Source of the DNA: Sphagnum compactum
Taxonomy: Eukaryota
Length of the DNA stretch: 64,000 nucleotides
Direction: 5' to 3'
NCBI GenBank assembly: GCA_965153455.1
Contig: OZ234494.1
Span: forward strand, 5,208,001-5,272,000
The notes beneath the pieces are model-generated. The model searched no databases. It saw nothing but the letters and a program-made list of their open reading frames with translations, and was not told the DNA's origin. The position numbers and the translations under genes are program-made. Shown piece by piece: positions 12,401 to 23,596 of the stretch (its first letter is position 1; the number at the start of each line of letters is the position of its first letter).

Positions 12401-14322
12401 GTTGTCTTTTTGATAGTTGACAGATGGAGTTTGCTCAGGAGAGTCTGCAGCACAGAAACTGCATTTTTAGAACATTGTGGTCAATCTGACTGAAACAAAG
12501 TGACATAGATTTTTGTCCATTCTATAGGTACACTTTGAAGATAACAAGTAACCATAACCTTAATTTCAAAATTTGCCCTGTAGAGAGGTCTCACACAAAA
12601 CCCACAAAAGAAGTTCATTGGGAAAATTTGATGCTTGGTATAATAATATCCATCATACTTTGCCAAGCAAGGCATACCTCAGCCAATGTCAACAAGAAAT
12701 TTGGAAGAGTTGGCAAGGCTCTGCTCCCAACATACACTTCAGCACAGATATCCAAGTGTTCAAACCGAACTTCAATCTTGGGAAGCTCAATCCCAACCCT
12801 GAAATTTGAAGCAGCCCCATTTTTCCAAAAACAGAGAAATCAACCTTTGATAGGAATACCAGGGAGCTGATGTCCAATTTCCCAATTGAATCAAACAAGA
12901 CCCAAGAGGATTCTGGTGCACTGCTTATAGACAAAATTAAACCATAACCGCTGCAATGGTAAGTCATATCCTACCCCTTACGGTCTTATCCCCCCACAAG
13001 CACCAAGGTGATAAGGGACACTGTCAGAATAATGCCACAATTGCAAGATTCAACCTGACTCAACCCTAGACCCTTAGCAAGTAAGCAGGAGGGAAGGGCA
13101 TATGCAATATTAGGGATTACTATTTTGTAAAGTGACTCAGAGAATTTTCTCAGAGTGCGCCTTCTATCTCTCCTCTTTCAAGGTGGGATCTTACACCTAC
13201 TCCTTAAGAGTGGGAGGGAAATTACACCGATAAGGAGTGATGTAATTCTTTTAGGTCTAAGATCCCTCCCACTCTTAAGGAGTACGCAGCAGAACCCTCC
13301 CCTACACCACCTCCAACTCATGATCTACATACGTTTAAGTTCACAACGTTCACCTTGTGTCTTATGATAAGTAAAGTGCCCACATGATAACGTTTGCCTC
13401 GTGCTTTATGTGTAGGGTAACACCCTTGGACAAGGGCATTACTGTGCAAGGCAATAGCCAAGCACTGGTCTGATTCCACCAATGCGCTTGTCCAAGGGTG
13501 TTACCCCATGTAAAGATGCTGCAGAAAATTTCTTTTCTCTTTCTACAACCAAGATCTGCAGAGAATGGAAGAACTTGCTCCAAGAACAGAAGATTAGAAT
13601 ACAGAAGATCCCGCCATATTGGAAACTCACTCACTTCAAGAACCAAATACCCCCCTCCCTTAGGGAACTGATGGCTGGAAATTCCAGTTTAGAACATGGC
13701 CTCCTCTGAGTACACTCGGAAATTTCCTGCAGGTCTTTGTGATCGGATAAATTAAGCCCATGGATGGAGGGGCAGGGGACTTTCCCAAAATGCAGGGCTA
13801 GACTCGGCTACTGCCTCATCTGTCCTAGGCCCCTTGCCTGGGACTTTACCCTACACTGAGGGAAAACCCTAAACCCACAGCAGGGAAGGGAAGGGAAAAT
13901 CCTAAAGCCCAAAGCAGGCAAAGGAAAGGGAAGAGAGACGCTATTGCACACCTGTCGATGCGGTTGCGCAGCTTGAGAAGAAGATGCTCGTTATCCTCTT
14001 CCGTTTCTTTGAGGATCTTGGACATGAGCTTCTTGCGATCTTGGTGGCTGAGCTGCGTCACATCCACTTCTTCAGTCACGGCATTTCCGTTTGCTTCCAC
14101 AGTTTTGAAGAGTGTCTTTCGCACGCGGTCGTAGGTCGGGAGCTTCTGCAATGCTGCCCATCTCACAGCCTCTTCGTCTTCTGGCTGTCTCTTGGCCGCA
14201 GATGAGCGCGAGAACACATTCTCTTCTTCTTGTCCGTCTTCGTGCCTGTCCATCCCGGGCAATATGTTCGACACTTGGGTACCATCACCGATCTGCACTT
14301 GTACAGCATCATCATCCGCCAT
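3496..14322 (-). CDS. ABCG: Full-size ABCG/PDR transporter, tandem copy A (23 exons, ~1483 aa)
   Basis: Exons (5'->3'): 14322-13952, 12798-12678, 12444-12356, 12102-12018, 11749-11590, 11241-11165, 10950-10897, 10725-10635, 10406-10105, 9937-9656, 9508-9192, 9018-8858, 8183-8080, 7836-7683, 7399-7262, 7141-6960, 6737-6405, 6254-5964, 5850-5633, 5426-5199, 5043-4872, 4391-4137, 3762-3496. Total 4452 nt, phases consistent, all GT-AG. Motifs: [86 protein letters not shown]-stop. Confidence 0.95.
8217..8656. mobile_element. Non-autonomous hAT-type MITE in intron 12 of copy A
   Basis: Terminal inverted repeats CAATGTCA...TGACATTG, imperfectly extending ~28 bp. Exact 8-bp TSD GTAAGAAC at 8209-8216 and 8657-8664. 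Internal ~40-bp repeats built on CATAC(C/T)AGCC...CTGGTATT. Confidence 0.85.
13198..13284. repeat. Perfect 22-bp inverted repeat; tiny MITE with possible TA TSD
   Basis: TACTCCTTAAGAGTGGGAGGGA (13198-13219) and its exact reverse complement (13263-13284), with a 43-bp spacer. Confidence 0.7.
13415..13506. repeat. 26-bp inverted repeat (MITE-like hairpin)
   Basis: GGGTAACACCCTTGGACAAGGGCATT versus AATGCGCTTGTCCAAGGGTGTTACCC (25/26 match). A related end sequence occurs at ~16352-16382. Confidence 0.7.
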
Positions 14323-14949
14323 GATCTTCTCACTCTCCCCCGGTCCACCCCAATCACAAAAAAACTTCACAATCCTCAGAGCTCCAACTGCCTCCTGGGA
14401 AGCTCTCTACTAGCTAGCAAGCTAGATGGGTCGCTGTGTCACCTTGGCTGCATGACCAGAAGAGCTACTGTTTCTCATCAAATCACGGAGAATTTACAAT
14501 GAAAGGTGGAGCATAGCTGATCAAGGATGCTATAATTCTAGCTCCCTTGACAACGACCACAATCAAAACTCCGAACCATAATTTCACATCACATACTTCT
14601 TACACTCGCACCCAAACACACAAACACACACACGCACACAAAAGAGTAAATAGAAAATCTATAGCGTATAATCTACTAACTACTACTGAGAAAGCTCGCA
14701 GCTCCCCCTGCAGATTCATCAACAAACGACCTGACACAATGGAAGAAACATACAAGAAGAAAACTCACATCTTACACAAACGATCAGACTAAAAAAATCT
14801 GTTGTGGCACTTTTGCAAAAACTAAAACTACCCATCATGAGATCAGCTCCTGAGAGACATTCTGGGGCCCGCCTTGCAAGAAACACTGCTCCAATTCTCA
14901 AACTCATCTTCACTTTTTTGCACAAAACTAGTTCACCCATCCAAGAGAA

Positions 14950-14981
14950 ATCTCTCTCTCTAGCTCCCTCTCTCTCTCTCT
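14950..14981. repeat. (CT)n microsatellite upstream of copy A
   Basis: Interrupted CT run about 630 bp upstream of the ATG. Confidence 0.7.
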
Positions 14982-16389
14982 TTCTTTGCTGTGTCTCCTG
15001 AACTTAAATGATGATCAGTTTTCTTATCCATTGCGGTCCCCACTTGGGATGCCTGCGACTTTGTGCTGCAAACCTAGCCTGCACCCACACTTCCTTCCTT
15101 CCTTCCTTCCTGGACCACCAGCACTCGTGTGCCCTTTTCTTTGTCTCTTTTGCGCACTGTCTGGTCTGAGTGTACCCCAGATTCACCCACCAGCCCACCA
15201 TGAAGGATGGATGTATGGATGGTAAATGGCCTGGGAAATGTAAAAACCTCCCACAAGATTGGTAGTGTATTTGCAAGAACACAATAGAGAGAAATCAGCT
15301 TAGTCAACCCTGTCCTCACCCTGCCTTTGGGCCTCCTTTCAACCCCTAACCCCTCTTTTAGTGGTATCCGTAAAGTAAGGAAATTTTATTAAATCTCAGC
15401 ATGAAAGGCTGAAACTCAGTACTACGAAATGCTGAATCTCAGCATGAAATGCAATTTTTCCAACTAATAATTTGCAGATCAATCTAATTAGTTCCCTGTT
15501 TTTTCGAGTCATGATGAAGCCTTTCCAGAACATGAGTTGGGCCCAGTTGTTTCCAGACGCAAACAGCTAGCCACTCTCGACCTTTGGTAAGACTTCTTTG
15601 ACTAATGCAGCAGCAGGCACTGTGGTACTCATCTGATCTGTCTCCTGAAGTTACTCCACATTCAATCGATATTCGATCGCCAGCAGCTTTGGTTTGTAGC
15701 TGGCAGCTGATCTTTGGCAGCTAACTGGGTCGTCATGGCATGACGATTGACGTAACAGCATGAGCAATTTCAGTAGTTTGCAACTCAGTACGAAACGCTG
15801 AATCTCAGCATTTAATGTACAAGGTAGTGGGAGAGGAATTATAGTAGCTGTACAGGTAGGAGCAGTGAAAATCTATGTAGCAGCAGTGGAGGCGCTCAGG
15901 AAAAAAAGAAAGAGAGGGTGAAACTCAGGAAACCATCAGTTTCACCCCCCTTGAATGCTAATATACATTTTTGCTGGTTTTTTTTTAATCTCACCCTGCG
16001 TAGTATGACCAGACTCAGGGTACTGGTGCTGTCTTTTCCTTACTTTACGGATATCTCTGATTCCTAGTCTATTTGGAAGAACACGATTCCTAGTGTTTTT
16101 GGAAGGACACTTCCAAAGTGTAAGCCCCCATGGGGCGGGCATTTTGGAAAATGGAAATGCTCGCACTTGAGAGCATTTTGTTTTTCCAAATGCTTGGCAT
16201 CATCGGTCTTTTGTCTTTTTCTTTTGTCTTGTAATACTCAACGAGTACCCATCAGATACCCATCAAGTATCCGCATGAAAAAAAATTCATTCCCGATTTT
16301 TATTTTGTGTAAACACCCTTGGCTTCACCTCATATGGGCCAGTATTCCGGTAATGCCCTCGGCCTTGGGTGTTACCCTACACTAGTTAA

Positions 16390-16742
16390 CCATGGTGGTT
16401 AGTTCAGTAGCTGTGTTATTACTTACCTACTAATAACCCACAAGCAGGTTGTCAATAGGTAGGTAGCAAAAGAAAGAAGGCATTTCATATGTATCAACTA
16501 TAAGCCATCTACTTACTTATTAGTTACCTATTTTTTTGAACCTATCTACCTACTTAAAAATTAGCAACCATCTACTTACCTAATAGTGAGCTATTTTTGT
16601 ACCTATTGAGCTACTTTGTACAGAATGGGTTAGCAAGGTGAAACCAGTTATTAACTCAAGTTGAGGTTCATCCACAGCTGAGTCATAATAGGCATCCAGT
16701 GGATGGTGCCTGGTGGGTGCTGGCGGTGGTTCAGTCTGGCCC
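16390..16742. repeat. Dispersed repeat family copy; second copy at ~38330-38525
   Basis: ACCTAC/ACTTA-rich tract followed by GTTG..GT.CATCCACA and GG(A/G)TGG motifs shared by both places. Boundaries approximate. Confidence 0.5.
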
Positions 16743-17408
16743 ACACTTCACTTCCCTCCTGAGGATGCTTCTTTTGTAGGACATATCTTTTTCTGCCTGT
16801 TTTTTTTTTTAGCAGCAACCTTCCCTCCTGAGGATGTTTTTACAGGACACATCTTTTAGGTTTTTTTTTAAACAAAAAGAAGGATGTACCTTATCAGCAA
16901 GGCTTCTTTTTGCACAAGTCACTAGCCCCAAGAAAAAAAAAGGAAAAGAAAAGGCCAAAATAAAGGCCCAACAAAAAAAAAAAAAAAAAAAGATTTTTTT
17001 CTTGTGAAAGGATATGCAAGAAAAGAAAATGCAACAGAAAACACAAGTGTCCATCAAATGGAATTGCAAAGAAGATAATAACCTGCCAAAAAAGAAAAAG
17101 TAACCAAAAACAAAGGGTAACCATATTACTAAATGAGGGGCCAGCGTGAACCAGCACCTACTTTGGTAGGTTGAGACTTGGTTCCTTCACCTTCTTAGAG
17201 CTTCTCCAATGGGCCTTCACATGAAACCCTATAATGCTACTCATGCATGGTGAGAATAAACTAGCATCCAAAGAAGATTCAATGGGTGAAACCCATCATA
17301 GCCCCTTGGTTTTTTCCTACCATTCCTAGAAGACAAGCTGGTTTGGGGGCTTCGAATTCTCCCTTGCTCACATGTGAGTGACTCCCACAACCTGACTTCG
17401 TGTGAGAA

Positions 17409-17663
17409 TTCTTCTACGCATTTGTTAGGTGCATTTGAAAGAGCAATTGACCCTCAGAAGCATGCAAGTTAGACTAAGTGTGCAAATTTTGTTTTGTTGA
17501 GTGATGATGACACAAAATAGTTAAACAATTTGCTAAACCTCATCACGTTCTTCTACGCATTTGTTAGGTGCATTTGAAAGAGCAATTGACCCTTAGAAGC
17601 ATGCAAGTTTAGACTAAGTGTGCAAATTTTGTTTTGTTGAGTGATGATGACACAAAATAGTTA
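17409..17663. repeat. ~115-bp direct duplication
   Basis: 17409-17523 and 17548-17663 are nearly identical (TTCTTCTACGCATTTGTTAGG...CACAAAATAGTTA). Confidence 0.9.
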
Positions 17664-17686
17664 GGCCCGATTAGATGGAGTCCAAG

Positions 17687-18226
17687 GTCCAAATTCCTAA
17701 GAACCAAGTTGGACTCATTTGAAGCAAATTGTATCCTTGAGTTGGACCTTGAGTTGGACCCTAGCTTCATCTTGGTTCGTCAAATCACGAGCTCTCCTTT
17801 TTAGCTCTCTTTTTTTTGGTCCAAATCAATTGATTTTCCCCCCCAAAATGGTGCCATGTAAGTTTTGCCACCTTTTGGTCTTGGACACCCATCTAAAGCC
17901 CATGGGTCCAATCTAAAACTCTCCTCCAATAGGATTGCTCTATTTCATTGGGCCCTGGACCTTGGACCCTTATCCAAAGGGACCCTAAGGCCCACTTCAA
18001 ACAAAGGTTCGGGGTCCAATTTCCTAGAACCAATTTGGACTGATTTGAAGCAAATTGAATCCTTGAGTTGGACCCTAGCTTGCATCTTGGATCTTCAAAT
18101 CACAAGCTCTCCTTTTTAGCCCTTTTTTTGGGGGGGGTCATGGGTCCAATTTATAACTCTCATCCAATAGGATTGCTCTATTTCATTGGGCCCTGGACCT
18201 TGGACCCTTATCCAAAGTGACCCTAA
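17687..18226. repeat. Imperfect tandem duplication (GGTCC/GGACC-rich)
   Basis: Shared blocks such as TTTGAAGCAAATTG.ATCCTTGAGTTGGACC and CCAATAGGATTGCTCTATTTCATTGGGCCCTGGACCTTGGACCCTTATCCAAAG each occur twice. Confidence 0.8.
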
Positions 18227-18899
18227 GTATCTCTCTTCACCTTCATTGTCTTCTCAGATGTGAACCCCATGCCTTGAGTGAACCAGCACCTTCACTAGTA
18301 CCATGGTAAAAATCCCAATTTTGTTTAGGTTGCTTCTAACCATGGTAAATCTTTTATCCTCAGACTAAATCAGGGTCTCTAAGTTCTCAAATTTAAACAT
18401 TTCCTAAGCGAAATAAGGCCACTAAAAGGCCTCAATGTTTGTTGGCTCTACATACCCAAAGGGTACAATTTGTCTAGAGTAAGTAGCAGAAATGGTATAT
18501 AGGCAAAGGGTCCTTAATGCAAGCAGTACAAAAGCTCTATCAATTGTTTTTTCTCCCAGCTTGCCCTTGCCCATTTACGATGTAAAGTGCAAATTAAAAA
18601 AAAATCATGTTCATAACCTACTTAGCAGGTTATGAACATTAGCATGTCATGTTTATATATCATGTTATCTTGTGTATATAATACACTATCTAGCATGATA
18701 TATAAATTGTAGCATCCATAACATGCCATGTTATGAATATAAAAGGTGTATGGGCATCACCAACTCTCTTGTGAGGGGAGTTTCAACAAAGCTCCATTCA
18801 AGGATAGGAAGTGGTGTAACTAGGCATCAAATCATAAAGCAATCATGTTTTAGATGTTGAAATTGATATTTGTGATGTAGAATGGAAAGCAAGTAGATG

Positions 18900-19400
18900 G
18901 GATCGATTCAACAAATGTCATAGGAATGATTTGCTTTGTAATTTAACAATTTCATCTTGCAAGTATTCAAGAATTTAGCATACTCCACATTTTCTCTTTG
19001 TTGAAACCAACTTCATTTTCCATGTATTGGGTTGTTTTTGTATGAAGGATTGGAAGAACCTACAAAGAACCAACTGCTTAAACATGGCACATGTCATGTT
19101 TATTCATAATAAGAGGTATGATCCAAGAAGTTCATTTGTGTAATCTAATAAAGTCGTCAAAATCTATGTATTTTTTAACATAAAGGAACTTTCACCAAAC
19201 CTCATTGAGTTAGATTACATATTAGTTTTATGTTTTTGTTTCAACATTCCTATAGGACATACATGTTTTCATACGCCATTCTTGTGGGACACACAATGCA
19301 TGCCAAGTTAAAGCAACATATGCACATACTTTGCACATGTAGCCAAGTTCCATTCACCTTTGAGTTTGCACTCTAGTGTCATCCGGTTGTCTAGGCTCCA
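18900..19400 (-). pseudogene. Possible decayed hAT transposase fragment
   Basis: The minus strand at ~19281-19301 reads MHCVSHK, matching the hAT CxxH motif. The surroundings are full of stops, so support is weak. Confidence 0.3.
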
Positions 19401-22400
19401 CTAGCGGTGATGGCTTTAGAAACTAGTTATTAGAAAATCCTAGATCCTATAGACTTACTAACAGGATGTCCATTCAAATGTCAATGCAATTCAAAAGCCC
19501 TTGAATCTTACCTTACAAATGAAGCCACACAAAAGAAGGAAGGTACTACTCATCAATTTCACCAACAAATTGTCTGTCATACATCTAGAAATGCAAAAGC
19601 AGAGAAAATGAAAAAGAAATAGCACAATGATCCAAACAAAACAGGTTCAAAGATCAACAAGTATCGGGTACACATCTAAATTAAATATGTTTTTCACCCT
19701 TGGAAAACCAAAACATCGCATGACCCTAACCATTTACATTCCAATTTGTTCACCATGATGTTTCTTCAATTGAAACCCCCTAACCTAGCACAAGTAGTTT
19801 TCACCTTCACATAATTCAAAAGTAGGTGATAGCACCAATTGACATCTCACATGCTAGTATGCAAAGCTTTTTACCTTTTGAAACTAAAAGCTTTGTTAAT
19901 CTTCAATTATTTCCATATAACGAATAGAAACTACTTCTATTTAGTAAAACCTATAACTTTGGAGTTCCAAGGGAAGAATGCAAGCTTTATGCACCCATTA
20001 GCCTAGAACATTTAAGACATCCTTGGTATAAGATACATATACAAAATTGTAGAAGAATTTCCACAACCAAAATTTTGAAGGATTCAAGTTTTAAGGTTTA
20101 TGGTTGCATTGATGCAATTATGTTAGTCCTTGAGCAATTCCCATAATGACATGAACACTTGTTTGGCCCAATCCAAAAATAATTGAGGTTTGTCAAGGTA
20201 AAAAACCATTTGTTAAGAGACATACATATGCCAACATGTGTTTTGAACTATCAATTTGCAATTACCCAAAAGTTGAACCAAATCAATATGTCAAATTGAC
20301 CCCAAAGTGCAAACTTCTAACATGAAAGATTCTAAATTTGCCCCTTCATTGTGGGATCCATTCCATTTCAAAATTGTATTCACAATCTTGTTGCTTAACA
20401 TAACAATGAGTGCAATTGTATCCTTATGAGAGTCACTTGCAAACATGACAAACCATCACCTTGACCAAGAAATAGTAGCATTTGATGAACTACCATGACT
20501 ACCCACTAACTTCAGTGGTAGCATTGCACACAACAAGGATTGCAAAATCAATATGTATAGTTTTTGCATCTTTTGTATACACATACATACAAATTTTGTA
20601 AGAATGTATTGGTGCTTTCTTTCCCATGTCCATTGACTTTGTTCTTTATTATTGTCCATGATGTAGATGCATGGATGGTTGTAGAAAGCAAAGCACAATC
20701 GCATTCAGCACCAAAGCAAGATTTTGTTTTGAACAGGTGAGCTTGGTTGTGTTCCACCAGAGCTAGAACTACAAGATATATTCCTTATGAATCTATCCAA
20801 AAATGGTGCATGAAAATGCCCAATAATATTGACATGGTTAAGTTTTAATTGAACATGCACAAGAGATTTTTTACCATGTTTATGTTATGTGAACAAGATG
20901 TTTTTAACCTATATAAATAGGGTTAAAAACATCTTAATGAATTAAGGAGCACCCATATCCTTATTGTTGCGTAAACATTAAATACAAACTTCAAAAATAA
21001 ATAAACATTGCTACTTGGGTCCCTATCACTAAGAAACACTAAACTTTCTTTTTTTTAAATTAAGAAAAGGGAAATATTTATTAAAAGAATTAGCAAATCT
21101 ACTTAATTATATGAGGGCATGATCTTAGGTTATGGGTTTAGACTAATCAAAAATTTAATTTTCAATAAAAGATGTGAAGGATACAATTTTATGTTTTTTG
21201 AATGCAACCTCCAAATTTTCATTATGGGTCTAGATTACATGACATCTTAACATGTACATAAAATATCAAAGGAGGTAGTTAAAAGCACATTAAAGTTTGG
21301 TGGTTTTATATACTGTGTGGGACACTATTGTATATTGAATACATACAAACAACCAAAAAAACTATCATCTTTACAGTCTTGTAATGATGGTGCTAGAACA
21401 AGGAATGTCAAAGATTGTAACAAAATGTAAAGGGTTTTAGGCCCTTAGAGGTGTTATAAAATATTGTCCATGCATGTCCACTATCGGATTTAGTATAAAA
21501 CTTTCAAATAGATTGACATTAAATATTTGAGTTTTGACAACTGACGATGGGAATATGACAAGTTGGTATATATGAAAACATGACGTAAAATGTAATTATG
21601 ATATTGTTGTGTTACATATTATTTTTCTAGTATTTAAATTTGATAAAACTCCAAGAAATACAAAAAATGAATACCATGATCAAATAAAAATGGCATGGTT
21701 TTTGAATGTTGGGCATGTGTAGAAAAGATCGTGTTGATATGGAAGTTCAAATTTGTTATTGATTTCATGATTATTATGTCCATTGAATATTTCATCAAAA
21801 CTTGAGATATGAAATTTTTTAAACCAAATTTGTACTATTATGAACAAGTACGAATAAATTGAATACCAAACTCTTGAAATACATAGTTTATTTTTGGTCC
21901 ATTTTAAAGGACTAAGGCCCAAAGCCATTTATGTGAACTCATAGAGATGACATTCATTACAACATTTTGCAAGCTCATAGAGATGACAAAACATGACATC
22001 TTTTGCTATCTCTACAAGATTGTAGAAATGGTGATTAAAATTTAGATAAACAAATAAAAAATAAAATGGAAAAAAAATTTGTGCAAGATCACAAAGATGA
22101 CAATTTTTTTTCGATCTATACAAAACTTGCACCTTCTTTGTGCTCTAAAAATGGTGATTTCCTAGATGATGAAATATGGAACAAAATAACAAACAAAAAG
22201 ACGAAGAAAAGAATTAGAAAGTTTCAAGATTACAATTCAATGACAATCTTTTTGCCTCCTTGTGAACTTGTAATTTGTGAGGTTGGAGACATGGTGGCTC
22301 CCAAAGATGACATGAACAAGGAGATTCAAAAAATGTAATAAGAAACCATCTAAGTGCGTTCCCAAAACAAGAAGCCATCGCTTTGAGCTTACGAATATGG

Positions 22401-22968
22401 TGAACACCTAGATCATAAAATGAAATAAATGTTATAAATCAATAAACACAATGATGAAAAAAAAAACTAACTTTGTGAGAGTACAAATACGATTTAAATT
22501 TTTTTTGCTTGTAGAAATGACAAGAACTTGGATGGTTGGATTATTTAAGAAAATACAAAGCAAAAAATTCACGCCATTTAACGAATGGTGGGAGCCCAAC
22601 TTGAACTTGTGAATGTTATTATGGTGTGTTATTGTTGCGATGGAGGTGCAAGTGGTTGGAAAAGGCAACTATGTACACCATGGCAATTAAGTATAACGTG
22701 GGATCCTCCACTTGAAATGCTTCATAAACTACCAATATGCAAATAATGCATTGTATGTTTTGAACTTTTGAGTAATTCTTTGGGGTGACTCCACATGCAT
22801 TGTGTAATTACAATTTGTATTATTATTTAAACTTGGGATCTAGTGGTTTTGTGGGTGAGGAATTCATCATTTTGAAAAAATAATATTCTATCACAAATTC
22901 TATCACATACTTGCCTACAATATGAAAGGGTGCTTAGGATTTTCTACTTTCATAATTTGAATATTGCC

Positions 22969-23346
22969 AAATTCGGCTGAATGTACTTATCACTGATCAC
23001 CACTCGAGCAACGACACAAAATTGGGGGGGAAAAAAAACATTGCAATAGCCATTCATTCAAAATATCAAAATATTCACACACAAAAGTAGAGAAAAAAGA
23101 CAAAAAGGATGATTGGGTGGGACTAACTTAAGCTCTAAAAGCTCCAATGCTCCAAAGCTCCAATGTAAATTCGGCTGAATGTACTTATCAATGATCCCAC
23201 TCGAGCAACGACACAAAATTGGGGGGAAAAAAAAACATTGCAATAGCCATTCATTCAAAATATCAAAATATTCACACACAAAAGTAGAGAAAAAACACAA
23301 AAAGGATGATTGGGTGGGACTAACGCACGCTCTAAAAGCTCCAATG
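22969..23346. repeat. Tandem duplication, period 198 bp, ~250 bp downstream of copy B stop
   Basis: AAATTCGGCTGAATGTACTTATCA...GCTCTAAAAGCTCCAATG starts at both 22969 and 23167, with few mismatches. Confidence 0.9.
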
Positions 23347-23596
23347 TACACCTAATATTATCTTCAATTGCCACCCATAACTCCACTTGGTGAGGCAAAG
23401 AACATGCCAATAATAATTTTGCTAAAATAGTTAAGTACTATGGAACTTGTTATAAAGAATGGAGATTACAACTCTGAATGAGTGATTTTGTGCAACATTA
23501 AGAGCTAAGCTAGTGAGAGAGAGAGAGAGATTGTGAGCCAATGACTAACGAGTGCAATACATAATCAAAGAGAGAGTTTCAAAAAACAAACATTCT

